DNA of 64,000 nt. It comes from Planctomycetota bacterium. Its GTDB lineage: Bacteria > Planctomycetota > PLA2 > JAEUHO01. Under the pieces are notes generated by a model. The model saw only the letters and a program-made list of their open reading frames with translations. It had not been told where the DNA came from and made no database searches. The translations under genes were made by a program, and so were the position numbers. The stretch spans positions 1,005,225 through 1,069,224 of the forward strand of contig JAXMAB010000004.1 in the NCBI GenBank assembly GCA_046350655.1. Direction: 5' to 3'. This document shows positions 10,601 to 20,596 of this stretch, piece after piece (the stretch's first letter is position 1; each line of letters starts with the position of its first letter).

Positions 10601-13600
10601 GTCGAACCACACGCGATCGCCGATCGCACCCGTGGGCGAGTCGTAGCCGAAGTTGAGGCCGGTGACGTCGTTGCCGTTTGCAACGACCGCCGGGAGCGAG
10701 GTCGGCGTGGTGGCGTTGAGGCCGGCGGGCACGCTGCCGGGCTGGACGCGCACCGTGTAGGCGCCGTCCGGCAGGTGGTCGAACGTGTACGTGCCGTCGG
10801 GGCCGGTCGTCCTCGTGGCGACGACGTTGCCGTTCGCATCGACCAGCTCGACGATCGTGCCGGGGATGCCGGGCTCGCCCGCGTCGGTCGTGCCGTCGCC
10901 GTCGGTGTCGTTGAACACGCGACCGGTAATCGTGCCGGACGGCTGGTAGCCGAAGTCCTTCGAGAGGTCGGTGGACGCGTTCGTGACCGTGGCGCTCTGC
11001 TGCGCGCCGCCGAACGTGTTCGTCAGGCCCGCCGGGAGCGTGGCCGGCACGACGCGCACGGTGTACGTGCCGTCGGCGAGGCCGTCGAAGAGGTAGCCCC
11101 CGGCCGAGTTCGTGACCTCGGTCGCGATGACCTGGCCCGCCGCGTTGACCAGCTCGAGCGTCACGCCGGAGATGCCGTCCTCGCCGGCGTCCTGGACGCC
11201 GTCGCCGTCGACGTCGAACCACACGCGGTCGCCGATGGCGCCCGTCGGCGAGTCGTAGCCGAAGTTGAGGCCGGTCACGTCGTTGCCGCCTGCAACGACC
11301 GCCGGGAGCGACGTCGGCGTGGTGGCGTTGAGGCCCGCCGGGACGCTGCCCGGCTGGACGCGCACCGTGTACGAGCCGTCGGGCAGGTGATCGAAGGTGT
11401 ACGACCCGTCGGGGCCGGTCGTGGTGGTCGTGACGACTGTGCCGTTGCTGTCCACCAACTCGACGATCGCGCCGGGGATGCCCGGCTCGCCGGCGTCGGT
11501 GGTTCCGTCGCCGTCAATGTCGTTGAAGACGCGGCCGGTGATCGTGCCCGAGGGCTGGTAGCCGAAGTCCTTCGAGAGATCGGTCGACGCGCTCGTGACC
11601 GTGGCGCTCTGCTGCGTGCCGCCGAACGTGTTCGTGAGGCCCGCCGGGAGCGTGGCCGGCACGACGCGCACCACGTAGGTGCCGTCCGCGAGGCCGTCGA
11701 AGAGGTAGCCACCGGCCGAGTTCGTGACCTCGGTCGCGATGACCTGGCCCGCCGCGTTGCGCAGTTCGAGCGTCACGCCGGAGATGCCGTCCTCGCCGGC
11801 GTCCTGGACACCGTCGCCATCGACATCGAACCACACGCGATCGCCGAGCGCGCCCGTGGGCGAGTCGTAGCCGAAGTTCAGACCGGTGACGTCGCTGCCG
11901 CCGACGATGTCCGCGGGCAGCGACGCGGGCGTCGTCGCGTTGAGGCCGGCCGGGACGCTGCCGGGCTGGACGCGCACCGTGTACGCGCCGTCGGGCAGGT
12001 GATCGAAGGTGTAGGTGCCGTCGGGGCCGGTCGTGGTGGTCGCGACGACGTTGCCGTTGCTGTCGACGAGCTCGACCACCGCACCCGGGATGCCCGGCTC
12101 GCCGGCGTCGGTCGTGCCGTCGCCGTCGGTGTCGTTGAACACGCGGCCGGTGATCGTGCCCGAGGGCTGGTAGCCGAAGTCTCTCGAGAGATCGGTCGAG
12201 GCGTTGAGCACCGTCGCGGCCTGCTGCGTGCCGCCGAACGTGTTCGTGAGGCCCGCCGGGAGCGTGGCCTGCACGACGCGCACGGTGTAGGTGCCGTCGG
12301 CGAGGCCGTCGAACAGGTAGCCACCCGCCGAGTTCGTGACCTCGGTCGCGATGACCTGGCCCGCCGCGTTGCGCAGTTCGAGCGTCACGCCGGAGATGCC
12401 GTCCTCGCCGGCGTCCTGGACGCCGTCGCCATCGACGTCGAACCACACGCGATCGCCGAGGGCGCCGGTGGGCGAGTCGTAGCCGAAGTTGAGGCCGGTG
12501 ACGTCGTTGCCGTTCGTGATCGTCGCGGGGAGCGAGGTCGGCGTGGTGGCGTTGAGGCCGGCCGGCACGCTGCCGGGCTGGACGCGCACGGTGTACGCGC
12601 CGTCGGGCAGGTGATCGAAGGTGTAGGTGCCGTCGGGGCCGGTCGTGGTGGTACCGACGACGTTGCCGTTCGCGTCCACCAGTTCGACGATCGCGCCGGG
12701 GATGCCGGGCTCGCCGGCGTCGGTCGTGCCGTCGGCGTCGACGTCGTTGAAGACGCGCCCGGTGATGGTGCCCGAGGGCTGGTAGCCGAAGTCTTTCGAG
12801 AGGTCGGTGGACGCGTTCGTGACGGTGGCCGACTGTTGCGTGCCGCCGAACGTGTTCGTCAGGCCCGCCGGGAGGGTCGCCGGCACGACGCGCACCACGT
12901 AGGTGCCGTCGGCGAGGCCGTCGAAGAGGTAGCCACCGGCCGAGTTCGTGACCTCGGTCGCGATGACCTGGCCCGCGGCGTTGCGCAGTTCGAGCATCAC
13001 GCCGGAGATGCCGTCCTCGCCGGCGTCCTGGACGCCGTCGCCATCGACGTCGAACCACACGCGGTCGCCGATGGCGCCCGTGGGGGAGTCGTAGCCGAAG
13101 TTGAGGCCCGTGACGTCGCTGCCGCCCGTGATCGTCGCAGGGAGCGAGGTCGGCGTCGTGGCGTTGAGGCCGGCCGGGACGCTGCCGGGCTGGACGCGCA
13201 CGGTGTAGGCGCCGTCGGGCAGGTGATCGAAGGTGTAGGTGCCGTCGGGGCCGGTCGTGGTGGTCGCGACGACGTCGCCGTTGCTGTCGACGAGCTCGAC
13301 CACCGCGCCCGGGATGCCCGGCTCGCCGGCGTCGGTCGTGCCGTCGCCGTCGGTGTCGTTGAACACGCGACCGGTGATCGTGCCGGACGGCTGGTAGCCG
13401 AAGTCCTTCGAGAGATCGGTCGAGGCGTTCGTGACCGTGGCGCTCTGCTGCGCGCCGCCGAACGTGTTCGTCAGGCCCGCCGGGAGCGTGGCCGGCACGA
13501 CGCGCACCGTGTAGGTGCCGTCGGCGAGGCCGTCGAACAGGTAGCCGCCCGCCGAGTTCGTGACCTCGGTGGCGACCACCTGACCCGAGGCGTTGACGAG

Positions 13601-16600
13601 CTCGAGCGTCACGCCGGAGATGCCGTCCTCGCCGGCGTCCTGGACGCCGTCGCCGTCGACGTCGAACCACACGCGGTCGCCGATGGCGCCCGTGGGGGAG
13701 TCGTAGCCGAAGTTGAGACCGGTGATGTCGTTGCCGCTGACGATGTTCGCGGGCAGCGACGTCGGCGTCGTGGCGTTGAGGCCGGCCGGGACGCTGCCCG
13801 GCTGGACGCGCACCGTGTACGCGCCGTCGGGCAGGTGATCGAACGTGTACGTGCCGTCGGGGCCGGTGGTAGTGGTCGCGACGACGTTGCCGTTGCTGTC
13901 GACGAGCTCGACCACCGCACCCGGGATGCCGGGCTCGCCGGCGTCGGTCGTGCCGTCGCCGTCGGTGTCGTTGAACACGCGGCCGGCGATCGTGCCCGAG
14001 GGCTGGTAGCCGAAGTCCTTCGAGAGGTCGGTCGAGGCGTTGAGCACCGTCGCGGCCTGCTGCGCGCCGCCGAACGTGTTCGTCAGGCCCGCCGGGAGCG
14101 TGGCCGGGACGACGCGCACCGTGTAGGTGTCGTCGGCGAGACCGTCGAACAGGTAGCCGCCCGCCGAGTTCGTGACCTCGGTCGCGACCACCTGACCCGA
14201 GGCGTTGACGAGCTCGAGGCTGACACCCGAGATGCCGTCCTCGCCGGCGTCCTGGACGCCGTCGCCATCGACGTCGAACCACACGCGGTCGCCGATCGCG
14301 CCGGTGGGCGAGTCGTAGCCGAAGTTGAGGCCGGTGACGTCGTTGCCGCCGACGATGTTCGCGGGCAGGGACGAAGGCGTCGTCGCGTTGAGGCCGGCCG
14401 GAACGCTGCCGGGCTGGACGCGCACCGTGTACGCGCCGTCGGGCAGGTGGTCGAACGTGTAGGACCCGTCGGGGCCGGTCGTGGTGGTCGCGACGACGTT
14501 GCCCTTCGCGTCCACCAGTTCGACGATCGCGCCGGGGATGCCGGGCTCGCCGGCGTCGGTCGTGCCGTTGCCGTCGGTGTCGTTGAACACGCGACCGGTG
14601 ATCGTTCCCGAGGGCTGGTAGCCGAAGTCCTTCGAGAGATCGGTCGACGCGCTCGTCACGGTGGCCGACTGCTGCGCACCGCCGAACGTGTTCGTCAGGC
14701 CCGCCGGGAGCGTGGCCGGCACGACGCGCACCACGTAGGTGCCGTCCGCGAGGCCGTCGAAGAGGTAACCGCCCGCCGAGTTCGTGACCTCGGTCGCGAT
14801 GACCTGGCCCGCCGCGTTGACGAGCTCGAGCGTCACGCCGGAGATGCCCGCCTCGCCGGCGTCCTGGACACCGTCTCCGTCGACGTCGAACCACACGCGG
14901 TCGCCGATCGCGCCCGTGGGCGAGTCGTAGCCGAAGTCGAGGCCGGTGACGTCGTTGCCGCCCGAGATCGTCGCGGGGAGCGAGGTCGGCGTCGTCGCGT
15001 TGAGGCCGGCCGGCACGCTGCCCGGCTGGACCCGCACCGTGTAGGCGCCGTCGGGCAGGTGGTCGAACGTGTACGTGCCGTCGGGGCCGGTCGTGGTGGT
15101 CGTGACGACGTTGCCGTTGCTGTCCACCAACTCGACGACCGCGCCGGGGATGCCGGGCTCGCCGACGTCGGTGGTGCCGTCGCCGTCGGTGTCGTTGAAC
15201 ACGCGGCCGGTGATGGTGCCCGAGGGCTGGTAGCCGAAGTCCTTCGAGAGATCGGTCGAGGCGTTGAGCACCGTCGCGGCCTGCTGCGTGCCGCCGAACG
15301 TGTTGGTCAGGCCCGCCGGGAGCGTGGCCGGCACGACGCGCACCGTGTAGGTGCCGTCGGCGAGACCGTCGAACAGGTACCCTCCCGCCGAGTTCGTGAC
15401 CTCGGTCGCGATGACCTGGCCCGCCGCGTTGACGAGCTCGAGGGTGACACCCGAGATGCCGTCCTCGCCGGCGTCCTGGACGCCGTCGCCGTCGACGTCG
15501 AACCACACGCGGTCGCCGACCGCGCCCGTGGGCGAGTCGTAGCCGAAGTTGAGGCCGGTGACGTCGTTGCCGTTTGCAACGACCGCCGGGAGTGAGGTCG
15601 GCGTGGTGGCGTTGAGGCCGGCCGGGACGCTGCCGGGCTGGACGCGCACCGTGTACGCGCCATCGGGCAGGTGATCGAAGGTGTAGGTGCCGTCGGGGCC
15701 GGTCGTGGTGGTCGCGACGTCATTGCCGTTCGCATCGACCAGCTCGACCACCGCGCCCGGGATGCCGGGCTCGCCGGCGTCCGTCGTGCCGTCGCCGTCC
15801 ACGTCGTTGAAGACGCGACCGGTGATCGTGCCCGAGGGCTGGTAGCCGAAGTCCTTCGAGAGATCGGTGGACGCGTTGAGGATCGTCGCCGTCGAAGGCG
15901 AGCCGTCGGGGAACGTGCGCACGACGCCGGCCGGGAGCGTGGCCGGCACGACGCGCACCGTGTAGGTGCCGTCGGCGAGGCCGTCGAAGAGATAGCCGCC
16001 GTCGAAGTCGGTGACGTCGGTCCCGATCACCGCGCCGTTCACGTCGAGCAGTTCCAGCGTCACGCCCGGGATGCCCCGCTCGTTCGCGTCCTGCACGCCG
16101 TCGCCGTCGACGTCGAACCACACGCGGTCGCCGACCGCGCCGCCCGGCCGGCGATAGCCGTAGTCGTTGTCGAGGTCGCTGCCGCCGCCCGTCAACGTGA
16201 CCGGCGTCGTCGTCTGCCCCGGGAACGTCCGCACCGAGCCCGTCGGCAGCGTCGTCTCGTCGATCCGGACGACGTACGCGCCGTCGGGCAGCCCGAAGAA
16301 CCGGTACGTGCCGTCGGGCAGGGTCGTCGTCGTCGCGAGCACGTTCCCGTTCGCGTCGAGGAGGTCGATGCGCACGCCCTCTAGCCCCGGCTCGCCGGCC
16401 GGCGCCACGAGCCCGTTGCCGTCGCCGTCGCGCCACACGAGCCCGCCGAGAACGCCCTCGGGCCGATAGCCGAAGTCCTTCGTCAGGTCTGTCGACGCGT
16501 CGAGCACCGCCGCGGGCACCGTCGCGCCCGCCGGGAACGTCCGCACGAGCCCCGCCGGCACCGTCGCCTCGACGACGCGCACGCCGTACGCGCCGTCCGG

Positions 16601-19600
16601 CAGGCGGTCGAAGAGGTAGCGGCCGTCCGCCACGGTCTGCGTCGTCCGCAGCAGGCCGCCCGCGCCGTCGAGCAGCTCGACCGTCACGCCGACGAGACCC
16701 GGTTCGCCGAACGCGTCCTGCACGCCGTCGCCGTCGACGTCGAGCCACACGCGATCGCCGATCGCGCCCCGCGGGTCGCCCGAGCCACCGGGCCTCGCGT
16801 ACCCGAAGTCACGACCGCTCACCTCGTTCCCGCCCGCCACCGTCGCGGGCCGCGACGTGACCGTGGTCGCGTCGTACCCCGCGGGCGCGGTGCCGGGCTG
16901 GACCCGCACCGTGTACGCGCCGTCGGGGAGGTGCTCGAACGCGTACGTGCCGTCCGCCGCCGTCGTCGTCGTCGCGACGACGTTCCCGCCGCCGTCCACG
17001 AGCTCGACGCCGACGCCGGGCAGGCCGGGCTCGCCGACGTCCGCCGCGCCGTCGCGGTCCGTGTCGTCGAAGACGGTGCCGCGGACCGCGCCCGTCGGAC
17101 GGTAGCCGAAGTCCTTCGTGAGGTCCGTCGCGCCGTTCGTGACGGTGGCGGGCTGCTGCGCGCCGCCGAACGTGTTCTCGAGGCCCGACGGGAGCGTGGC
17201 CGCGACGACGCGCACCGTGTACGCGCCGTCGGGGAGCCCGCCGAAGAGGTACGTGCCGTCGCCCGCGGTCGTCGTCGTGCGGAGCACCGCGCCGCCGGCG
17301 TCGAGCAGCTCGATACCGACGCCGCCGAGGCCGGGCTCGCCCGCGTCCTGCGCGCCGTCGCCGTCCGCGTCGCGCCACACGCGGTCGCCGAGCGCGCCGG
17401 TGAAGCGGTACCCGACGTCGAGCGTCAGGTTCTGCCCGCCGATCGCGACCGCGCCGACGGGCGACGCCGTCGCCGACGTGCGGACGACGGTCTTCGGCAG
17501 CGTGGTCGCGTCCACCACGAGGCGGTACGTGCCCGCGGGCAGGCCGTCGACGAGGTAGAGGCCGTCCGTGCCCGTCGTGCGCCGGCCGAACGGGGCCGAC
17601 GTGAGGTCGTCGACGACGTCCACCACGACGCCCGGGATGCCCGGCTCGTCGGCGTCCTGCTGCGTGTCGCCGTCGAGGTCGAGCCAGATGCGGTCGCCGA
17701 CCGCGGCCGAGCCGCGGTAGCCGAAGTCGACGTTCGTCGTGGCGGCGGCCTCGACGACGGTGATGGGACGCGCGGCCGGCGGCGTCGTCGACGCGAGGCC
17801 CGGCGGCAGGCTCGAGCCCACCACGCGGACGGTCCAGGCCCCGACGGGCACGTCCTCGAAGAGGTACGCGCCGTCGTTGGCGGTGGTGCGGAACGCGCGC
17901 ACGACGCCGTTCGGGTCGACGAGCTCGAGCGACACGTTGCGCAGGCCCGGCTCCTCCGGGTCCTGCACGCCGTCGCCGTCGCGGTCGAGCCACACGCGGC
18001 CCGAGACGTCCTGCGACGGGCGGTAGCCGAAGTCCACGGGCGGCGTCGGCACGCCCGCCGTCACCGTCACGGGCACCGGCTGGCCGGGCGTCGTGCGCGT
18101 GAGCCCGTCGAGGAGCGGGTTGCCCTCGACGACGTTCACGAGGTAGTCGCCCACGGGCACCGACGTGAACTCGTACGTGCCGTCGGCGCGCGTCGTCGTC
18201 GTCGCGACGACGAGGCCGTCGCGCGTGAGGAGGCGGAGCTCGACGCCGCCGATGGGCGGCTCGCCCGCGTCGTGGACGCCGTCGCCGTCGCTGTCGCGGA
18301 ACACGGTCCCCGTCACCGAGCCGGTGGGGCGGTACCCGAAGTCGAGCGTCACGTCGGCGCCGCCCGCGGGGATCGTCGCGTTCTTGACGTCCGTCGGCGT
18401 CGTGCGGAGCGAGCCGGCGGGGGCCGTCGCGTCGAGGACCTTCACGCGGTACGTGCCCGCGTCGAGGCCGGAGAAGAGGTAGCGGCCGTCGGCGACCGTC
18501 TGCTGCGTCGAGAGCAGCACGTCCGTCTCGGACCGCAGCTCGACCGTCACGCCCGGCAGGCCCGGCTCGCCGTCGTCCTGGACGTCGTCGCCGTCGTCGT
18601 CGCGCCAGACGCGGTCGCCGACGCTGCCCGCGGGGCGGTACCCGAAGTCCGCGGTGCCGATCGCGCCGCCGGCCGGCAGCACGAGGTCGAGCGACGCCGG
18701 CGTCGTCGGCCCGTACCCGGCCGGGACGGTGGCCGTGACCACGCGGACCGTGAAGCTCCCCGCGGCCAGGTTGTCGAAGCGGTACGCGCCGTCGGCGTCC
18801 GTCGTCGTCGTGCGGAGGAACTGGCCCGCGCCGTCGAGCAACTCGAGGCCGACGCCCGGCAGGCCCGGCTCGTCGGCGGACTGCTGCCCGTCGCCGTCGC
18901 GGTCGTACCACACGCGGTCGCCGATCGTGCCGATGGGGCAGAAGCCCACGTCGAGGCCGAAGAGATTCTGGCGCGGCGCGAGCGTCCGCAGGATCGGCAG
19001 CGTCGTCGACGTCGTGCGCCCCGCGAGCGCGGGCTGGCCGGGGACCACCGACACGCTCCACGCGCCGGCCGGGACCGGGTCGAACCGCCACGCGCCGAGC
19101 GCGTCCGTCACGGCGAACAGCGGCGCCGCGCCGGGCACGTCGGTCCGCAGCGCCTGCACGCGCACGCCCGCGAGCGGCGGGTCCACGCGCACGTCGTCGT
19201 CGCCGTCGCAGTCGAGGTCCTCGAAGACGCGGCCCGACAGGCTCTGGCCGTCCACCGGCCGCACCTCGAGGTTCGTCCGCAGGAACCACGAGTTGCGGGC
19301 GTCGAGGTTGTGCATGACGACGACCCAGTCGCCCGGCAGGCCGTCGGCCGGGATCGGGATCGCCTCGAAGCCGGTCTCGGTGCCCGTCTCCTGCGAGACG
19401 TTGCCCGAGAGGTCGAACAGGACGACGCGCAGCGTGCCCGCCGGGTCGTACAGCTCGAGCCACGGGCTGCCGTCGACGCTCGGCTCCGTGGACGTCGGCA
19501 GCCGGTAGCCGGAGTTGTCGCGCGCGACGCCGTTCACCGTGTACGGCCGGCCGTCGTCGGGCGGCACGCCGGGCGCCGACGGGCTCACGGTGCCGTTGCG

Positions 19601-20596
19601 CGCGACGCCGCCGGCGTCGTCCACGTCGTCCGCGTCGCCCTCCTCGAGCACCACCCGCGTCAGGAACTGCGCCCAGCTCTCGCCGCGGCGCGGCACCATC
19701 CGCACGCGCACCGAGAACGACCCCGCGTACCGGTTCACGTACGGGTCGCCCGCCGGGTACCGCACCGCCGGCGCCACGTCGCCCTGCAGCGCGAGCGCGC
19801 CGTTCCAGCTCGGCGGCGGCTCGAGCACGTCCGGGTAGTGGTCGCGCGAGACCGAGTACGGGAACTGGGTGCCGTCCTCGCGCGCGAACAGGAGGTTGCG
19901 CGCGTCCACGACGCCGCCGATGAACCCCGCCAGCAGGATCTGGTCGGCGCCCGGGTCCTGGGCGAGCACGCCGTTCGCCGCGACCTTGTAGCCGTTGATG
20001 GGGGCTCGCCCGCCGCCCGTCGGCACCGGCAGCCGGTACGACACGACGAGCCGATACGCGTACTCCTCGGTCTCCGTGACCCGGGCGTTCGGGTGGTGCG
20101 GGGCGTCGACCAGGAACTCCCACCGGCTGTCGATCGCGTTCGCGAACACCTTCGTCACGTCCGCGCTCTGCGCGCCGGGCGCCTCGGACTCGCCGACGGC
20201 GACCACCGTCGCCGGGTGGTCGGGCGAGTTCGTCGTCACGACGTACCGGACCACCGACCCGTCCGGCAGCGGCGCGCCGTCGGGGCCGTTCGAGAGGAGG
20301 TTCTGGTCCCAGAGCCCGGCCGCGTTGCCGTCGAAGATCGCGAGCCGCAGGCGGTCGGTGTTCAGGCTGCAGGTGACGCCGAACTGCGCCGGCTGCGACA
20401 GCGACGAGTTGCCGTCGGCGATCAGGTCGTGGAAGACGCCGCTGTGGCTGTCGCGGTCCGGCAGGCCCTGGAACTCCGCCCCCGCGACGAGTTCGTCGTT
20501 GTCGAACGGCTCGGCGGCCTGGGTCGACAGCGGCAGGAACGCGAGGAGGGCCGGGGCGGCGGCCGCCGCCCATCGGCGGAGCTTCGGGAAGCGCAT
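7685..20596 (-). CDS. giant secreted repeat protein (4,303 aa): signal peptide, ~560-aa N-terminal module, roughly 30 or more SdrD-B/Cna-B-like Ca-binding repeat domains (DxDGDG motifs), Cys-rich C-terminal module and a K/D-rich tail
   Basis: Track ORF 7685..20629. Start chosen at M12 (ATG 20596, with GGAGG 8 nt upstream), giving MRFPKLRRWAAAAAPALLAFLPLSTQAAEP. Repeated units ...AIGDRVWFDVDGDGVQDAGEDGISGVTLELVNAAGQVIATEVTNSAGGYLFDGLADGTYTVRVVPATLPAGLTNTFGG... and ...GTITGRVFNDTDGDGTTDAGEPGIPGAVVELVDSNGNVVATTTTGPDGTYTFDHLPDGAYTVRVQPGSVPAGLNATTP... Codons have almost uniformly G/C third positions. Confidence 0.85.
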   Translation of the reverse strand: MRFPKLRRWAAAAAPALLAFLPLSTQAAEPFDNDELVAGAEFQGLPDRDSHSGVFHDLIADGNSSLSQPAQFGVTCSLNTDRLRLAIFDGNAAGLWDQNLLSNGPDGAPLPDGSVVRYVVTTNSPDHPATVVAVGESEAPGAQSADVTKVFANAIDSRWEFLVDAPHHPNARVTETEEYAYRLVVSYRLPVPTGGGRAPINGYKVAANGVLAQDPGADQILLAGFIGGVVDARNLLFAREDGTQFPYSVSRDHYPDVLEPPPSWNGALALQGDVAPAVRYPAGDPYVNRYAGSFSVRVRMVPRRGESWAQFLTRVVLEEGDADDVDDAGGVARNGTVSPSAPGVPPDDGRPYTVNGVARDNSGYRLPTSTEPSVDGSPWLELYDPAGTLRVVLFDLSGNVSQETGTETGFEAIPIPADGLPGDWVVVMHNLDARNSWFLRTNLEVRPVDGQSLSGRVFEDLDCDGDDDVRVDPPLAGVRVQALRTDVPGAAPLFAVTDALGAWRFDPVPAGAWSVSVVPGQPALAGRTTSTTLPILRTLAPRQNLFGLDVGFCPIGTIGDRVWYDRDGDGQQSADEPGLPGVGLELLDGAGQFLRTTTTDADGAYRFDNLAAGSFTVRVVTATVPAGYGPTTPASLDLVLPAGGAIGTADFGYRPAGSVGDRVWRDDDGDDVQDDGEPGLPGVTVELRSETDVLLSTQQTVADGRYLFSGLDAGTYRVKVLDATAPAGSLRTTPTDVKNATIPAGGADVTLDFGYRPTGSVTGTVFRDSDGDGVHDAGEPPIGGVELRLLTRDGLVVATTTTRADGTYEFTSVPVGDYLVNVVEGNPLLDGLTRTTPGQPVPVTVTAGVPTPPVDFGYRPSQDVSGRVWLDRDGDGVQDPEEPGLRNVSLELVDPNGVVRAFRTTANDGAYLFEDVPVGAWTVRVVGSSLPPGLASTTPPAARPITVVEAAATTNVDFGYRGSAAVGDRIWLDLDGDTQQDADEPGIPGVVVDVVDDLTSAPFGRRTTGTDGLYLVDGLPAGTYRLVVDATTLPKTVVRTSATASPVGAVAIGGQNLTLDVGYRFTGALGDRVWRDADGDGAQDAGEPGLGGVGIELLDAGGAVLRTTTTAGDGTYLFGGLPDGAYTVRVVAATLPSGLENTFGGAQQPATVTNGATDLTKDFGYRPTGAVRGTVFDDTDRDGAADVGEPGLPGVGVELVDGGGNVVATTTTAADGTYAFEHLPDGAYTVRVQPGTAPAGYDATTVTSRPATVAGGNEVSGRDFGYARPGGSGDPRGAIGDRVWLDVDGDGVQDAFGEPGLVGVTVELLDGAGGLLRTTQTVADGRYLFDRLPDGAYGVRVVEATVPAGLVRTFPAGATVPAAVLDASTDLTKDFGYRPEGVLGGLVWRDGDGNGLVAPAGEPGLEGVRIDLLDANGNVLATTTTLPDGTYRFFGLPDGAYVVRIDETTLPTGSVRTFPGQTTTPVTLTGGGSDLDNDYGYRRPGGAVGDRVWFDVDGDGVQDANERGIPGVTLELLDVNGAVIGTDVTDFDGGYLFDGLADGTYTVRVVPATLPAGVVRTFPDGSPSTATILNASTDLSKDFGYQPSGTITGRVFNDVDGDGTTDAGEPGIPGAVVELVDANGNDVATTTTGPDGTYTFDHLPDGAYTVRVQPGSVPAGLNATTPTSLPAVVANGNDVTGLNFGYDSPTGAVGDRVWFDVDGDGVQDAGEDGISGVTLELVNAAGQVIATEVTNSAGGYLFDGLADGTYTVRVVPATLPAGLTNTFGGTQQAATVLNASTDLSKDFGYQPSGTITGRVFNDTDGDGTTDVGEPGIPGAVVELVDSNGNVVTTTTTGPDGTYTFDHLPDGAYTVRVQPGSVPAGLNATTPTSLPATISGGNDVTGLDFGYDSPTGAIGDRVWFDVDGDGVQDAGEAGISGVTLELVNAAGQVIATEVTNSAGGYLFDGLADGTYVVRVVPATLPAGLTNTFGGAQQSATVTSASTDLSKDFGYQPSGTITGRVFNDTDGNGTTDAGEPGIPGAIVELVDAKGNVVATTTTGPDGSYTFDHLPDGAYTVRVQPGSVPAGLNATTPSSLPANIVGGNDVTGLNFGYDSPTGAIGDRVWFDVDGDGVQDAGEDGISGVSLELVNASGQVVATEVTNSAGGYLFDGLADDTYTVRVVPATLPAGLTNTFGGAQQAATVLNASTDLSKDFGYQPSGTIAGRVFNDTDGDGTTDAGEPGIPGAVVELVDSNGNVVATTTTGPDGTYTFDHLPDGAYTVRVQPGSVPAGLNATTPTSLPANIVSGNDITGLNFGYDSPTGAIGDRVWFDVDGDGVQDAGEDGISGVTLELVNASGQVVATEVTNSAGGYLFDGLADGTYTVRVVPATLPAGLTNTFGGAQQSATVTNASTDLSKDFGYQPSGTITGRVFNDTDGDGTTDAGEPGIPGAVVELVDSNGDVVATTTTGPDGTYTFDHLPDGAYTVRVQPGSVPAGLNATTPTSLPATITGGSDVTGLNFGYDSPTGAIGDRVWFDVDGDGVQDAGEDGISGVMLELRNAAGQVIATEVTNSAGGYLFDGLADGTYVVRVVPATLPAGLTNTFGGTQQSATVTNASTDLSKDFGYQPSGTITGRVFNDVDADGTTDAGEPGIPGAIVELVDANGNVVGTTTTGPDGTYTFDHLPDGAYTVRVQPGSVPAGLNATTPTSLPATITNGNDVTGLNFGYDSPTGALGDRVWFDVDGDGVQDAGEDGISGVTLELRNAAGQVIATEVTNSAGGYLFDGLADGTYTVRVVQATLPAGLTNTFGGTQQAATVLNASTDLSRDFGYQPSGTITGRVFNDTDGDGTTDAGEPGIPGAVVELVDSNGNVVATTTTGPDGTYTFDHLPDGAYTVRVQPGSVPAGLNATTPASLPADIVGGSDVTGLNFGYDSPTGALGDRVWFDVDGDGVQDAGEDGISGVTLELRNAAGQVIATEVTNSAGGYLFDGLADGTYVVRVVPATLPAGLTNTFGGTQQSATVTSASTDLSKDFGYQPSGTITGRVFNDIDGDGTTDAGEPGIPGAIVELVDSNGTVVTTTTTGPDGSYTFDHLPDGSYTVRVQPGSVPAGLNATTPTSLPAVVAGGNDVTGLNFGYDSPTGAIGDRVWFDVDGDGVQDAGEDGISGVTLELVNAAGQVIATEVTNSAGGYLFDGLADGTYTVRVVPATLPAGLTNTFGGAQQSATVTNASTDLSKDFGYQPSGTITGRVFNDTDGDGTTDAGEPGIPGTIVELVDANGNVVATRTTGPDGTYTFDHLPDGAYTVRVQPGSVPAGLNATTPTSLPAVVANGNDVTGLNFGYDSPTGAIGDRVWFDVDGDGVQDSGEDGISGVTLELVNAAGQVIATEVTNSAGGYLFDGLADGTYTVRVVPATLPAGLTNTFGGAQQSATVTNASTDLSKDFGYQPSGTITGRVFNDTDGDGTTDAGEPGIPGAVVELVDANGNVVTTTTTGPDGTYTFDHLPDGAYTVRVQPGSVPAGLNATTPTSLPAVITGGSDVTGLNFGFDSPTGAIGDRVWFDVDGDGVQDAGEDGISRVTLELLNAAGQVIATEVTNSAGGYLFDGLADGTYTVRVVPATLPTGLTNTFGGTQQAATVLNASTDLSKDFGYQPSGTITGRVFNDTDGDGTTDAGEPGIPGAVVELVDRNGNVVATTTTGPDGTYTFDHLPDGSYTVRVQPGSVPADYNATTPTSRPATITNGNDVTGLEFGFHTSTPPPPPPPTGAIGDRVWADTDGDGLQDPGEPGLPGVTLELLNAAGQPVASKVTGPDGAYLFDGLANGAYTVRVVAASLPPGLVSTTGGLQQSATVTNASTDRTKDFGFGAPRVALGGRVWLDADGDGLQDPTGEPGLAGVTVELLDAAGRVVGSQLTGPGGSYLFPGLLDGAYRLRVVESTLPTGLTRTFPATATVPAAVTGGSTDLTKDFGYRAAPPTCDPGTDPRVHEACFEASVWLADPHTRDFDVYVRVDRGTRAGDIRDLVCLGYTGAFPGTAVGANGVLRVEGLTVVDGYAKVRVCVTADPGTIDGGFFDGPFRLEVVVNGVGEAAADTFTRASLVPGATFPRNWTPLWCDDVPDFAVASVVPFACWEPPPPPTTCVRDVGWWRAVHRDGACAATRVPWPLDGAESRRLCGRTWRSILDASAKDDAWVALAQAYIAAQLNVAAGNTPSRKVADAIDEAGCLLVQGCRGFCGLAEERAVLLHRTLKAFNRGTNGPAACPDAVPTCPPPPKPDVCPVPGDRGGKDGGDGKDKGKERGNDKKDDRNDKNDRSATPRAPEAGKDRPKGGDRR
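9400..15600. repeat. intragenic near-identical tandem DNA repeats (period alternating about 600/630 bp, about 10 copies; more diverged copies on both sides)
   Basis: The string CCGAAGTTGAGGCCGGTGACGTCG(T/C)TGCCG recurs at about 9421, 10021, 10651, 11251, 11881, 12481, 13081, 13711, 14311 and 15541. Each period encodes two ~100-aa SdrD-B-like domains. Confidence 0.7.

Noticed and set aside
7949-15595. 2,548-aa plus-strand ORF (and many shorter ones) antisense to the giant repeat gene
   Set aside because: Translation is Arg/Gly/Ala/Asp/Glu low-complexity with no domain, signal or motif. Its third codon positions are not GC-enriched, whereas the minus frame is. Open frames arise here because 70% GC and tandem repeats remove stops. 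The minus-strand protein has a signal peptide, recognisable SdrD-B domains and a paralog.
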